Below, piece by piece: positions 63,876-64,000 of a stretch of 64,000 nt of DNA. The DNA is taken from NCBI GenBank assembly GCA_964574655.1, contig CAZNOH010000004.1, positions 66,046 through 130,045 of the forward strand, in the 5' to 3' direction. Within the stretch, counting starts at the first letter, position 1; each line of letters begins with the position of its first letter. The notes under the pieces are model-generated. The model ran no database searches. It was not told where the DNA came from and saw only the letters and a program-made list of their open reading frames with translations. Source of the DNA: an uncultured Candidatus Saccharibacteria bacterium (GTDB lineage Bacteria > Patescibacteriota > JABMPQ01 > JAQVVF01). Both the position numbers and the translations under genes were made by a program.

Positions 63876-63962
63876 CGGAAGGGGTGGGATTCGAACCCAC
63901 GGCAACCGTGAGGCTGCGCTAGTTTTCAAGACTAGTCCTTTCGGCCGCTCAGGCACCCTTCC
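63876..63962 (-). tRNA. tRNA-Ser (TGA)
   Basis: 87 nt with a long variable arm; homologous to E. coli tRNA-Ser(UGA); anticodon loop cTTGAaa... on the minus strand. Confidence 0.85.
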
Positions 63963-64000
63963 ATGTCAATGACTAAATAACTAAATTATAAATGACAAAA

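Noticed and set aside
1-64000. CRISPR array or rRNA genes
   Set aside because: No regularly spaced repeats of 25-40 bp with unique spacers were found; the repeat arrays present are 7-mers in inverted orientation. There is no rRNA-like sequence despite the presence of a 23S-IVS-type protein gene.

Overview
The window is AT-rich and gene-dense, with short intergenic regions. It looks like a reduced-genome bacterium, possibly a Candidate Phyla Radiation/Patescibacteria-type lineage; that assignment is inference from gene content and composition. Standard code 11 is assumed because TGA is used as a stop in ordinary genes. Recognisable core genes include dnaE, thrS, miaB-like, miaA, gatB, tmk-like, thyX, rplA, rplK, nusG, secE, gyrB (which carries a roughly 433-aa intein), pheT, pheS, a UvrD-like helicase-nuclease, rmuC, Fe/Mn superoxide dismutase and an SDR reductase. 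There are four tRNAs: fMet-like CAT, a second CAT, Asp-GTC and Ser-TGA. Lineage-typical accessory genes include two tandem giant surface proteins with DUF4214-like repeats, a standalone 23S-IVS four-helix-bundle gene, a GxxExxY protein, a secreted FG-GAP/thermonuclease and TSP3-like calcium-binding repeat proteins. The best candidate for a new system is a G+C-elevated, co-directional block on the minus strand. It contains five tandem paralogues (a sixth lies 35 kb away, translationally coupled to the helicase-nuclease), each with a conserved N-terminal module plus variable LRR-like repeats. Downstream of them are a CbbQ/NorQ-class AAA+ ATPase with a novel N-terminal extension and a CbbO/NorD-like VWA protein that is interrupted by one in-frame TGA. 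Other findings are a tandem array of four secreted cysteine-rich mini-proteins, several families of GC-rich palindromic MITE-like elements (some inserted in-frame into miaB, the helicase and the C-terminus of a lipid-synthesis gene), unusual inverted arrays of 7-bp repeats, and lipid-biosynthesis genes interleaved in the secE-nusG-rplKA cluster. No CRISPR array and no rRNA were seen.
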